This document shows positions 1 through 9,585 of a stretch of 64,000 nt of DNA, piece after piece. Position numbers and translations under genes: made by a program. The notes under the pieces were generated by a model. That model had not been told where the DNA came from, searched no databases, and worked only from the letters and a program-made list of their open reading frames with translations. Numbering within the stretch: the first letter of the stretch is position 1; each line of letters opens with the position of its first letter. The DNA comes from a virus (Duplodnaviria > Caudoviricetes), in IMG/VR virus record IMGVR_UViG_3300033075_000545, positions 1 to 64,000 of that record. One strand, given 5' to 3'.

Positions 1-402
1 GGTGGTGGTATGCCTCCGGAAGCGGGTGGTATGCCTCCTGGTGCTGGTGGTGAGTTGCCGCCTGAACTCGCAGGTGCGATGCCTCCCGAAGGTGCACCTC
101 CTGGCGAACCCGGCCCAGACGATAACGCTGCGGCTATGGGTGAGATGGGCATCACGCCGGAAATGCTGGAACAGCTCATTGCTCTCCTGAAGGAAAAGTC
201 CAAGGGCGAGGAAATGCCTCCGGAGACGAAGGAGGCAGTAGACAAGGTCCTTACGAAGGCCGCGTCTGTTGTTGCTAACACTAAGGCCCACATGCAGGCC
301 GGAAAGTTCCGATTCAAGCCCGCGGCTGAAAACAGCCCGGAGCGTAAGCGTCGGAATGCGGCCGTAGCGTACTTCCAAGAATTGCGGAACGCCGCAAACT
401 GA
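1..402 (+). CDS. 5'-partial Pro/Gly/Met-rich head (scaffold/prohead core-like) protein
   Basis: Frame is open from base 1; GGMPP low-complexity repeats; lies upstream of decoration and capsid genes; KAAS/KEA motifs. Confidence 0.5.
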   Translation, partial: GGGMPPEAGGMPPGAGGELPPELAGAMPPEGAPPGEPGPDDNAAAMGEMGITPEMLEQLIALLKEKSKGEEMPPETKEAVDKVLTKAASVVANTKAHMQAGKFRFKPAAENSPERKRRNAAVAYFQELRNAAN

Positions 403-440
403 CCCGCGCACCAGTTACTTGTACCTGAGAGATCTGTCAC

Positions 441-878
441 ATGGACCCACTTGCCGAAGCCTCGACGCTCGTGGCCAACAGCATCAAGGTCGCTAACGCC
501 TACAAGGAACGGCTTGACAAGGTCAAGCCCGCCGACCCGGCGCTGATCGAGAAGGCCGCGTCCGCTTTGCTCGGCGGCGGCTGGGTTCCGGCGTCTCGCA
601 AGGACGACTTGATGGCGATGCTGGCCGATAGCAACCAAGCGCTGCCCCTTCTAACCGAACTCGCCACTAAGGCGGCTGAGGCGTTGGAGCAGCAACGGAC
701 CAACCAGGGTAATGACCCTCGCCTTGCATCCGGGACGCCAATCCCAGGCAAAAAAGAGGCGTCGGCGCCGGCGGAGCGCGTCTGGGTTGGGGACCGCCCG
801 GAGAGTGAAGCAGACCGTGCCTTTGCGAATCGGATGGCTGCTCTCCGCGCCCAAATGGCAACCGGTACCATCCAGTAA
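441..878 (+). CDS. Hypothetical head-associated protein
   Basis: 145 aa helical ORF in the head operon with EKAAS and KKEAS motifs. Confidence 0.5.
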   Translation: MDPLAEASTLVANSIKVANAYKERLDKVKPADPALIEKAASALLGGGWVPASRKDDLMAMLADSNQALPLLTELATKAAEALEQQRTNQGNDPRLASGTPIPGKKEASAPAERVWVGDRPESEADRAFANRMAALRAQMATGTIQ

Positions 879-913
879 CCCTATAACCACCCGCTTCCGC
901 GAGGATTGTTTTC

Positions 914-1606
914 ATGGCTTACGTTAACCCTGGTCAAGCCTACGACCACACCCTCACGGCGTTGAAGGGGTGGTTCAAGGAAATGGCTCTCGATGCAGCC
1001 GTCACCATCGGCTCGAACGTCAACATCGGGAGTATTGGTAGCCCGGTCGTGCCGGGTCTTGTCGTGCACCCTGTCAGTACGGTTTCAGCCCTCTCGCCGT
1101 ATGGCGAAGGTATCGATGGTCCCAAGACCTTCACGGTCGAGATGGGTGCCAGCGGCGTAACCATGCCGATGTATGTGTACTCCAGCTCCACGGACCCAGA
1201 CGTGTCCAACCCTGGTGCCATCCCTGGCGTTCCAGTTTATGGTAACACGACCTACCCGGATGTGTACTTGTCGGTTCTGCCGCTCGTGGGTGGCTCGAAC
1301 CTCGTTGCCCTAGTGGCTGAGGGTGGGTACGAACTCGAAAGTACCGAGTACGACACCGCTCAGGTGTACGTGACGGGTCAAGCACTCCGGTGTGTGACCA
1401 GCAACACGGACGCGAATGCGGGCAAACTCACGAACCAACGGGGTACGACCGCAGCGTTCAACTCTGCGGGCCTGTTGCAGGTCGGTGACCCGACGATCGC
1501 GGCATGGGACACCATCGTTGGTATCGTTTCTGGCGGCGCGTATACGAACGCTAACCGTCGGACCGCTCTCGCCTTCTGGTCCAAGTACGTTCCCGGCACC
1601 CGCTAA
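914..1606 (+). CDS. Putative capsid decoration/cement protein
   Basis: 230 aa beta-rich ORF directly upstream of the major capsid gene; GAGGA RBS. Confidence 0.5.
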   Translation: MAYVNPGQAYDHTLTALKGWFKEMALDAAVTIGSNVNIGSIGSPVVPGLVVHPVSTVSALSPYGEGIDGPKTFTVEMGASGVTMPMYVYSSSTDPDVSNPGAIPGVPVYGNTTYPDVYLSVLPLVGGSNLVALVAEGGYELESTEYDTAQVYVTGQALRCVTSNTDANAGKLTNQRGTTAAFNSAGLLQVGDPTIAAWDTIVGIVSGGAYTNANRRTALAFWSKYVPGTR

Positions 1607-1661
1607 TTAATCATCGGCGGGCGTGCCTTGACCGCCCCCGAACCACCGGAGGTTCGACTAA

Positions 1662-2597
1662 GTGGCTCTTAAAGAACAAATCGTTCAACAGAACGAAACC
1701 TATCTCGACCTGATCGACCGGGACGGCGCGTTCCGCAAGAAGGCCGAAGAAGAAGCGTCGGATTTCATTCGACGTCAGCTCCGCGAAGAATCATTCTCCG
1801 AGCAGATCCTCCCAAGCGAGGATGTCGGGAATGATTTCGACCGGGCGCTCTGGACTGACAAGCCGATCAAGATCTACGACAAGGAAATGACCTTGTCGCA
1901 ATCGATCGCAGTCGGTTATATGGCCAACCCGACGAACTTCTACATTCGTCCGTCGCGGTTCGCCGTGACCCCGACGATGTTGATGTCGCCGAAGGTCATC
2001 AAGAACAAGTGGGAGCTCCGGACGTACAAGCACGACGTTCGTAAGCTCTTCGCCGACAACATGGTCAAGGACCTCCAGGCTGTCAAGGACATGGCGCTCC
2101 TTTCAGCCGTCAACGCGTACTTGATCGGTCCGGGTTCGACCGTGCCGTATAGTGGCGTTGCGCAGTACAAGCAGATCTCGGGTGGGTTCAGCCGGAACTC
2201 GACGGTTACGGCCTGCCACCAGATCGTTCAACAAACCCCGTTCAACATCCCGGTCGAGACCAACTTGGTGAATAACATCACCTGGTCGGAGCAATATCGA
2301 TGGGACTTGATCGAAGCCGGTGTGGACCGTACCGCGCAAACCCTTGTGGACCCGTACACCAAGTTCAGTCTTCACGGACAGAACTGGTTGGTGACGATCA
2401 AGCGGGGTCTTGTGGCGAACATGGTGCATTACCTGTTCGGGCCGACCGCGTTCCTCGGTAAGGCATGCCGGTTCACCCCGCCGACTATGTTGGTGAAGAC
2501 CGAAAACTTCGGCGTGTACATGTTCCAGTGTGCCGAAGAGTACGGTGTCACCTTGGCGCATTCTGGGGCCCTCGGTCGCGCTGACTATCTGGCGTAA
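1662..2597 (+). CDS. Putative major capsid protein (HK97-like)
   Basis: 311 aa; GGAGG RBS; strongly biased codons; LREESFSEQILP N-terminal segment; position in head module. Confidence 0.7.
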   Translation: MALKEQIVQQNETYLDLIDRDGAFRKKAEEEASDFIRRQLREESFSEQILPSEDVGNDFDRALWTDKPIKIYDKEMTLSQSIAVGYMANPTNFYIRPSRFAVTPTMLMSPKVIKNKWELRTYKHDVRKLFADNMVKDLQAVKDMALLSAVNAYLIGPGSTVPYSGVAQYKQISGGFSRNSTVTACHQIVQQTPFNIPVETNLVNNITWSEQYRWDLIEAGVDRTAQTLVDPYTKFSLHGQNWLVTIKRGLVANMVHYLFGPTAFLGKACRFTPPTMLVKTENFGVYMFQCAEEYGVTLAHSGALGRADYLA

Positions 2598-2629
2598 TGC
2601 CTATTGAGACCCACTAACGAGGAGCGCCT

Positions 2630-3088
2630 GTGACCCCCCAAAGTCGAGACGAAGCAAACGCGATTCTGATGACCAACGTCACCGTGCCCGTTTTCTGGAG
2701 CAAGATGGCGTCGGAGCTGGGTCACGTTGCGAAGTCCAAGGAGGAATCCGAGCGGTTCCTCCGTTTGAACGACATGATCAAGATGGCCGTCGACGGTTAC
2801 CTGAACGAAGTCGAAAACGGGAAGGCCGTCGTCGCCGAACAAGCCGTCAAGTACGCGCTGGACTCGACTTTCGAAGTCCTGGGCGGGAATGAAAAGCAAC
2901 AGCCACAGAGTCCTGAATTTCTTCTGGACGCGCAGGTCAAGGCCGCTGCTGCCTTCTTGTTCAACGAGAAGGTCAAAGCGTCTATGGACACTGGCGTTAT
3001 TCCAGCCAAGCCGTTCGAGGGTAAAGAAACCCCCGAAGAGGAAGAGGCGGAGAAGGAAAAGGCCAAGATGGCTGGTGAGGCCAAGTAA
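2630..3088 (+). CDS. Hypothetical head-associated protein
   Basis: 152 aa; GAGGAG RBS; SKMAS/VKAAA motifs; acidic tail. Confidence 0.5.
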   Translation: MTPQSRDEANAILMTNVTVPVFWSKMASELGHVAKSKEESERFLRLNDMIKMAVDGYLNEVENGKAVVAEQAVKYALDSTFEVLGGNEKQQPQSPEFLLDAQVKAAAAFLFNEKVKASMDTGVIPAKPFEGKETPEEEEAEKEKAKMAGEAK

Positions 3089-3121
3089 CCACAACGCGGA
3101 GACCCCCTTCGGGGATGAACC

Positions 3122-3460
3122 ATGGCGATCCCGACCAAGGCTGATGTCACGATCGTGCGCAACACGTCGGGCGTCACCATGTATTTCGACTTCCTTGGTC
3201 CGCGAGGCGCCACCCTTGCGGCCGGGGCGGACATGGCAATTCCGGGTAACATCTTTTCGATGTGGCACCGGAACCCACAGAAGTCCACGGCGATTGAGAA
3301 CGCTCTCATTGCCGGTCGCATTGAGATCCTTCAGACGCCGCAGAACTTCGTGTTCGATACAGCGGCTACGCGAGTGCGGGTACTTGCCTCGTCTAGCAAC
3401 GCTGCCACCGTTGCCGACCCAGACTACGGTAGCTACACCGGCGCAGCTCCGAGCGTCTAA
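3122..3460 (+). CDS. Hypothetical virion protein
   Basis: 112 aa; last gene before the terminator of the capsid operon. Confidence 0.55.
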   Translation: MAIPTKADVTIVRNTSGVTMYFDFLGPRGATLAAGADMAIPGNIFSMWHRNPQKSTAIENALIAGRIEILQTPQNFVFDTAATRVRVLASSSNAATVADPDYGSYTGAAPSV

Positions 3461-3478
3461 CGTCACCCCTGCTCACCT

Positions 3479-3508
3479 TCCCCGGCCACTCGCCGGGGAT
3501 TTTTTTTT
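3479..3508 (+). terminator. Rho-independent terminator
   Basis: TCCCCGGC-cactc-GCCGGGGA stem followed by a run of 9 T. Confidence 0.85.
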
Positions 3509-3566
3509 GGCTTTACGGACCCTATTTGCTAAAAATCCTCTGCACCCTTCCGCAGAAAGGATTTTT

Positions 3567-4619
3567 ATGTCCGGTCCCGTGGTTTCCGTCGTTTATCACA
3601 ACAACAAGTTTTACTTGCCTCCGCGATATGCGGGACACCCAACCGACCGTTTGGCGTCTACGGCTGGAGATAATCTAGCCGAATTCGCTGGTCGTCTTTG
3701 CTACGATAGTGTGACGAGTATTAAAGGCCGACCCACCCCCGCGTACCACGATCACATCCTTAACACCAAACACCACAGCGTCTACGCCCACGCTGTTGAA
3801 ACGTTTGCTGTAAGTGTCCCACACATCCAGACGCGGTACGAAACTCTTCTCGCACTTCAGTCTCGTCCTGGGGTTTGGGTTACAGCATTTACGGACACTG
3901 GGTTCCGTGTTGCTGTGAGTCTCCGAGCGATTATCGAGTGGGCAAGTCATCAACCCGTGGCCGAAATCAGCTCCGGGTTTAGTTTCCGTGATCGGATTCG
4001 AGTGTTGGGTTTAGGGCTTGGTCGTCGGTTTCTGGACGAGATCCGTAATTACTACCCGTGTGCTCTACAATCGACGGATCTTGACGCGGGGTACGTCACA
4101 GCTCTCCGACAGGCGGGTGTTACCGCTACGAAGACTGCGCCGGTGTACCCTATGGAACAATGGGTGAGCCTTTACATCGAAGGCGTGAGCCGAGACCTCC
4201 TTCAAGACTGGGTACGACACCACTACCAAACCAACTATTCGGTCCGTTCGACTCGGTACGTAGATGAAGGAGGGTCCACACAGATCGTCAATCCGACAAC
4301 TGCAGAGAAAGGTGTGGACCTGGGCCTCCATCGTACGCTGGCGGATGTATTCTCGAAGTGCAAGGAGGGGTACAAAGACGTTTACGGAAAGTTAACGGAG
4401 GCAGGAGTAGATCATAAGACTGCGCGATCCGCTGCGAGGAATCTGCTTCCCGGAGCCACGGAAACGCGGTTGGTATCATCCATGAGTTGGGAACAAGCTC
4501 GTCATACTCTTGCTCTGAGATCCAACGAATCTACGGGTGCCGTGGATCCTGAAATCCGCAGGTTGGCTAACCTCATACGTGAAGCTATCAGTGCGGAACC
4601 TGTGGGTTGGCTCCTCTGA
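3567..4619 (+). CDS. thyX: Flavin-dependent thymidylate synthase (ThyX family)
   Basis: EFAGRLCY, HHSVYAH, GVSRDLLQDWVRHH..YSVRSTRY, ARNLLP, EIRRLA motifs; start re-assigned to ATG 3567 (AAGGA RBS). Confidence 0.8.
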   Translation: MSGPVVSVVYHNNKFYLPPRYAGHPTDRLASTAGDNLAEFAGRLCYDSVTSIKGRPTPAYHDHILNTKHHSVYAHAVETFAVSVPHIQTRYETLLALQSRPGVWVTAFTDTGFRVAVSLRAIIEWASHQPVAEISSGFSFRDRIRVLGLGLGRRFLDEIRNYYPCALQSTDLDAGYVTALRQAGVTATKTAPVYPMEQWVSLYIEGVSRDLLQDWVRHHYQTNYSVRSTRYVDEGGSTQIVNPTTAEKGVDLGLHRTLADVFSKCKEGYKDVYGKLTEAGVDHKTARSAARNLLPGATETRLVSSMSWEQARHTLALRSNESTGAVDPEIRRLANLIREAISAEPVGWLL

Positions 4620-4714
4620 CCCGTCGGGCATCCCAAATCGAGAGGGCTTTTTCGTCTGTATTGTGATATGTTAACCCGTATGGGTTCCGCCACCCAGACA
4701 TTAGAAGGTGTGAT

Positions 4715-5029
4715 ATGGCTCTTATCGTTCCTGCAGCAGTTTACTCCGGATACTCAAACTTCCCCCCGTTGTTTCAGCCAGCGGTTGACTATGTTCTATT
4801 GAGCCTCGCGGATGACATCGACTTCCGAGACGATGCCGGGCCCACTAAGGGGGTCCTTCCTAGGGGCCTCTACATCGTCGGGGCCGGGAGCTTCAAGGTG
4901 GACACATTCTTCGGAGGCATCGGGCGAATCGTCCCGGTAGCGGCTAATACACGCCACGACCTGGTCGTTACGAAGCTTTACTCCACCGCGAACGGCACCA
5001 CCGCGACGAACATCTTTGCCATCGTGTAA
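4715..5029 (+). CDS. Head spike-base-like small virion protein
   Basis: PRGLYIVGAG...GTTATNIFAIV resembles RcGTA rcc01079-type spike base proteins. Confidence 0.5.
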   Translation: MALIVPAAVYSGYSNFPPLFQPAVDYVLLSLADDIDFRDDAGPTKGVLPRGLYIVGAGSFKVDTFFGGIGRIVPVAANTRHDLVVTKLYSTANGTTATNIFAIV

Positions 5030-5052
5030 CCCCAACATGAAAGGTTCATACT

Positions 5053-5340
5053 ATGAACCGTCCCGCCATCCGTTTGTTTCGGGTTCTATTGCGCGTCCGC
5101 CTTCTAGCGAAGGGGTACTCGCGCACCCAAATCTCCGACGTCATGGGGAAGCTGGGCGACGGAACGATTTTGGACTGGCTTAGGAAGTACGGGCCGACGA
5201 TTCTTGAGGTCATCAAGATCATTCTCCCGTTCATTCTGTCTCTGTTCACCTCGCCGCCGGAGAACCCACCCGTCGCCGAGTTCGACAACGACGATGTGCT
5301 GTTTGACGACACAGTGTTCACCCTCGACACCGACGAGTGA
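5053..5340 (+). CDS. Small protein with hydrophobic helix (possibly holin-like)
   Basis: Basic N-terminus, ILEVIKIILPFILSLF segment, acidic tail. Confidence 0.4.
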   Translation: MNRPAIRLFRVLLRVRLLAKGYSRTQISDVMGKLGDGTILDWLRKYGPTILEVIKIILPFILSLFTSPPENPPVAEFDNDDVLFDDTVFTLDTDE

Positions 5341-5541
5341 TGTGACCGGGATGTCGCGCGCAAAACCAACCCCGAAGTACGCCCGCTTCGGGATCCTCAA
5401 AGAGCTCCTTCCGCGATCTTGTCGTCCATAGTCAAGTAGTTCACAGATCTCATAGTGCACGTTACGGTTGGTTACACTACACGTCGTAGACTTATTAGTC
5501 AAAACAACAACTGACTGAATTGTTCAGCCTCGCCGTGTGCG

Positions 5542-6444
5542 GTGACGGGTGAGAGTACGACCAATTACATTTGGCTCGATGACGGGAATTTCCTTCGTGC
5601 AGGTAAAACCGACGCTTCGTATTGCACGTTCACCAGAGTCGGGGCCGCGGCGCAGGACTGGTCCGTTTCGCCGAGCGGCTCCGGAGATATGGCCCGGTTC
5701 GTAAACTGCACGTTCGATACGTGCGGTCGAATCAAGAACGGTCAGAACACGAACGGCGGCACCATCGTCGTGTTCCGCGACCGCGGCGATGGTATGTGGA
5801 CTAACGCAACTACATACACACTGACCGCAACATCGAACACGGGCCGTCCCAACGCTCCGAGCGGGCGGTTTGTTGTGCAGTTGGGTGGTACGACGACTGT
5901 AACGGCCACCTCACCTACAACGGTTACGCCGTCGGATGGTGGTGCTGGCGGAACGTTTTTACCTGCTTCGATCCCGTTGACTGCAGATCGACGACGTGCG
6001 ACGTTCCGCTATACCCCGGCTGTTGGTGCGTCAGGCGACGTTACGATTTCCACCACAAATGACGGTGGGTTGGTCAACCCGTCGCCGGTGACTTACACAG
6101 TAACCGGTACCGCTGCCACTGTAGCAACGGCTGTGACTTCAAATAGTAGCAGTGGTACGACGACTGTTGGGGTTCCGGTTACACTGACGTTTGCCTTTAG
6201 TGTGGCGGATGCGGTACCCCCACAGACAGGACAAGCCGTCATTAATGGTGGATGTGTGTTGGTCAATTTGTCAGACTCCAGCGGCGGCGGGTCTTTCAGC
6301 CCCGTCAAAGCATGGCTCTCGGCAGATGCGCCCAGTATGACAGTGGATTACACTCCAGGGAGTACTGGGACCAAAACCATTGTGGTCACTAATGATAGTG
6401 GACTATCAAACCCGGTAAACCTTTCCATTACTGTGACTTCCTAG
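5542..6444 (+). CDS. Thr/Gly-rich Ig-like repeat virion protein, probably 5'-truncated
   Basis: Two internal repeats ending TNDGGLVNP / TNDSGLSNP; no clear RBS; begins mid-domain. Confidence 0.5.
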   Translation: MTGESTTNYIWLDDGNFLRAGKTDASYCTFTRVGAAAQDWSVSPSGSGDMARFVNCTFDTCGRIKNGQNTNGGTIVVFRDRGDGMWTNATTYTLTATSNTGRPNAPSGRFVVQLGGTTTVTATSPTTVTPSDGGAGGTFLPASIPLTADRRRATFRYTPAVGASGDVTISTTNDGGLVNPSPVTYTVTGTAATVATAVTSNSSSGTTTVGVPVTLTFAFSVADAVPPQTGQAVINGGCVLVNLSDSSGGGSFSPVKAWLSADAPSMTVDYTPGSTGTKTIVVTNDSGLSNPVNLSITVTS

Positions 6445-6532
6445 TTCTGAGCGCCAACTTGCGCGGTTGGATGTAGGGCGTGTCACGTGGTAATCTGTCT
6501 GTGTTGTCACCTGACACGCAGGATACTACGAA

Positions 6533-6904
6533 ATGCTGACGCTCTACGATCTCGTTCATTACGACCCCGCGTTGGATCCCGCAAACGAGCCGGAACTCGT
6601 GTATGGGGTCCCTCGTAGTTCCCGCTGGCCTAAAGTGCGTGCAGAGCATCTAGTGTGCTTTCCAACGTGCGCCGCGTGCGGTTCGAAAACTGCGATTGCG
6701 GTACACCATGAGAAGCCCTTCCACCTCTATCCTGATCTTGAACTGGATCCAACCAATCTCGTGACGTTGTGTGAGTGTCCTTCACACAACTGTCACCTGA
6801 TCTTCGGTCATAACCTAAGTTGGCGTGCTTGGAATCCGCACGTACGTGAAGACGCAGCTCAATTTTTAGACCGGATCGCTAATCGGCGAGTTTCTGCAGA
6901 ATGA
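6533..6904 (+). CDS. HNH endonuclease
   Basis: CAACG..VHH..NLVTLC..CH motif. Confidence 0.8.
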   Translation: MLTLYDLVHYDPALDPANEPELVYGVPRSSRWPKVRAEHLVCFPTCAACGSKTAIAVHHEKPFHLYPDLELDPTNLVTLCECPSHNCHLIFGHNLSWRAWNPHVREDAAQFLDRIANRRVSAE

Positions 6905-7009
6905 CGCCGTTTCAGATTCTCAAAAGTATGCTATCGTATTTAGATTATGGTCGCAGCTCCAGACTGCGCAGAGGCTTCTGGTACCTGTTAGTTACAAGAG
7001 GTTTACTAC

Positions 7010-7756
7010 GTGGACAGCATTCAAATCCCGCAGAACACGGGCCGCGTTGTCACACTTAAACTGTATCTTGCAGGGACCAAAACTGCGGCAACAGGTCGAA
7101 CGCTCGCTGTTACCATTTCCAAGGCAGGAGGTGCGTTTACCAACCCCAACGTTGGAGCAACCAACGCCACAGAAATTTCTGACGGTTGGTACAAGGTCAC
7201 GCTAGCCACAACCGACACCAATACCTTAGGTGACCTGGTTGTACGTGGTACGGCGGCTGGGTGTGACGATTCCGAACGCGTTCTAGGCGTGGTCAAAGCA
7301 ACGAACGGTGGACTTACAGCACTTCCAGATACTACGATCGCCACGAACGATAGCTTGGTTACCATCGAATCGTTGTCGGCTTCTAGTATTTGGGCGTATG
7401 GCGACCGAACGCTCACGAGCGCTCCGACCCTGGACGCGACAGCAGTGACCGCTGCATGCGCTGCAGCGCTTCCTGCAGTTAATGATGTGATTGAAACCGT
7501 ATTCAATGCGCCAGTAGTAAATTTGACATCCACCGAACGCCTGACCGATCAAAATGGGGCACCCCTTACCGCACTCACGGTACACCAACTCCTTACATCG
7601 CTATTCGTCAACATGTTAGGCGATCGTGCAGGTGTAGGAACCACACGTATTGCCGCTACACTTCCTGGGTTCGGTGATTGTACGGTTACAGCAACTCGAA
7701 TATCGTCCACTGTCATCCAAGCGACGCTTATTGTCCCGGCTGCACCTCCGGCGTAG
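7010..7756 (+). CDS. Virion structural protein (paralog of 11895-12695)
   Basis: GWY motif, WAYGDRTLTS, and a C-terminal domain shared with 11895-12695. Confidence 0.6.
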   Translation: MDSIQIPQNTGRVVTLKLYLAGTKTAATGRTLAVTISKAGGAFTNPNVGATNATEISDGWYKVTLATTDTNTLGDLVVRGTAAGCDDSERVLGVVKATNGGLTALPDTTIATNDSLVTIESLSASSIWAYGDRTLTSAPTLDATAVTAACAAALPAVNDVIETVFNAPVVNLTSTERLTDQNGAPLTALTVHQLLTSLFVNMLGDRAGVGTTRIAATLPGFGDCTVTATRISSTVIQATLIVPAAPPA

Positions 7757-7858
7757 TCGGATGGTAGACATCTAGACATCTAGACCCTACTCATTTACAC
7801 TCTTACATAGGAATAACTAACCTGAAGTGAGACTTAGTTTTAATAGGAGGTTATTCAA

Positions 7859-8266
7859 TTGGCCATCCAATTGTCTACATCTGTCCGAAATGCTCGTCTG
7901 GACCAGATTGAAACCACGATCAGCACAGCTCCGGTGATGAAGATCCTTACAGGGTCGCCCCCCGCCGACTGCGCCACAGCAGAATCCGGTACGACTCTGG
8001 CCACACTCACGCTACCCTCAGACTGGATGGCCGCGGCATCGTCCGGTAGCAAGGCGAAATCTGGTACTTGGCAGGACACCAGTGCAGATAACACCGGCAC
8101 CGCCGGGTATTTTCGAATTTACGATAGTGGTGTAACTACGTGCCACATCCAAGGCACCGTCACACTCACGGGTGGTGGGGGGGATATGACTGTGGACTCC
8201 ACGAGTTTCACCGCGGGACAGAACTTCACTGTTACGACATTCACACTGACCGACGGTAACGCGTAA
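7859..8266 (+). CDS. Conserved small phage structural (fibre/decoration) protein
   Basis: RNARLD...TGTAGYFRI...GTV...GGGGDM pattern; AGGAGG RBS; TTG start. Confidence 0.65.
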   Translation: MAIQLSTSVRNARLDQIETTISTAPVMKILTGSPPADCATAESGTTLATLTLPSDWMAAASSGSKAKSGTWQDTSADNTGTAGYFRIYDSGVTTCHIQGTVTLTGGGGDMTVDSTSFTAGQNFTVTTFTLTDGNA

Positions 8267-8280
8267 TAAGGAGCCTGCAC

Positions 8281-8466
8281 ATGCGTATGTCCAAGAAAAT
8301 TGAATACACGAAATCAAATATCACCAGCATCACGCGACATGACGATCTGCCCGTATCCGTGCGGGAAGCTGCGGCTGTCGCGCTAATTAATTTCATCAAA
8401 GCCGAAATGGAAGAAGCCAAAATTCGGGAAGCCAAGCTCATTGTCGACGCTGTATCGACGGCGTGA
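8281..8466 (+). CDS. Hypothetical protein
   Basis: 61 aa with AAGGAG RBS. Confidence 0.45.
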   Translation: MRMSKKIEYTKSNITSITRHDDLPVSVREAAAVALINFIKAEMEEAKIREAKLIVDAVSTA

Positions 8467-8579
8467 TTATGATCCAGCGGACTGTCTGGCTTTTACCAAC
8501 CCAACCTTCGCAGTCGGCCAGTTAGCCAGGTTGTTCGTCATATATGTGACTATAAGTTTACCGCCGAAGGAGGGATACC

Positions 8580-9074
8580 GTGCCGACCCTGCAACAGATC
8601 AAGGCCGAACTCGACAACGACCCGGAGGCGCTCGGGTACGCAGCCCTGTTGTCGGGCAACACCCCCAACGACCAGGCCGTGGCGGACCTGCTCAACGCCC
8701 GGAACTACCGTGGGCTCGTCCCGATTATCGACCTGTCGGCGTACTGTACGACACACGGGATCACCGGCGGTATCGAAGCCACCGCGAATAACCAAGCCGC
8801 TGACATTCCTGTCCGCGGGCTGTGCTATTCGGTGCTCTCAGTGCTGCGGGACGATCTGCGGCTCAACTTCGCAGACCTCGACGACCCCGCGTTCGACACG
8901 ATGACGGACATGCTCGTCGGCGTGGGGTTACTTACGAGCCAGCAACAGACTAACATCAAGGCTCTTGGCGCAAACCGTCGCAGTCGGGCCGCGGTGTTGT
9001 GGGCTACGGCGGACGACTACTTCCCTACGGTGTCGGCTACGCAGGTCGGGAACGCGCGAAACGGGGTGGTGTAA
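8580..9074 (+). CDS. Hypothetical virion protein
   Basis: AAGGAGG RBS; LQQIKAELDNDPEALGY N-terminus; translationally coupled to the next gene. Confidence 0.6.
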   Translation: MPTLQQIKAELDNDPEALGYAALLSGNTPNDQAVADLLNARNYRGLVPIIDLSAYCTTHGITGGIEATANNQAADIPVRGLCYSVLSVLRDDLRLNFADLDDPAFDTMTDMLVGVGLLTSQQQTNIKALGANRRSRAAVLWATADDYFPTVSATQVGNARNGVV

Positions 9075-9574
9075 TGGCCGATATCAACGTCGCATACGGA
9101 TCGACGACGAGCAGTTCTGGCGGGCTGACCTCGCTGGCCACGTCGTCTACCTGGGTCGCGGGCTACGAATGGTTCGTGGTGGACAACACCACCGAACTTG
9201 CTCTCGACTATCGGCACGACGGTAAGATCCGCGTCGGCACCACGCCCACGAGCGGGACACAGATTCGGATCTACCTGATCGCGTGCAACGACGGCACCAA
9301 CTGGCCGGACGTGTTCGACGGCACCCCGAGTGCCGAGACGGTCACGAGCGTCGGTGTGCGGGACGGCTTCGCGAAGCTCGCGGCGGTCCTGTCCGTGGAC
9401 GCTACTACGAGCAACCGTGATTACTACTACGAGTTCAACGCCGCGCAGATTTTTGGTGGTGTGCTGCCCAAGAAGTACGCCGTGTTCGTCTCGCACAACA
9501 CGGCCGTGAACCTGAACGGCACGGCAGCAGAGCACACCTACAACTACACCCCTGTGTACGCCACGTCCGCGTGA
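9074..9574 (+). CDS. Hypothetical virion protein (beta-sandwich)
   Basis: ATG overlaps the upstream TAA (TAATG); beta-rich sequence. Confidence 0.6.
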   Translation: MADINVAYGSTTSSSGGLTSLATSSTWVAGYEWFVVDNTTELALDYRHDGKIRVGTTPTSGTQIRIYLIACNDGTNWPDVFDGTPSAETVTSVGVRDGFAKLAAVLSVDATTSNRDYYYEFNAAQIFGGVLPKKYAVFVSHNTAVNLNGTAAEHTYNYTPVYATSA

Positions 9575-9585
9575 GGTGACGCCCG

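Noticed and set aside
2889-3566. N-terminal extension of the 576-aa ThyX ORF
   Set aside because: It overlaps two better genes and a terminator; the real start is probably ATG 3567
7765-7785. TAGACATC tandem repeat
   Set aside because: Only about 2.6 copies and not seen elsewhere; probably slippage
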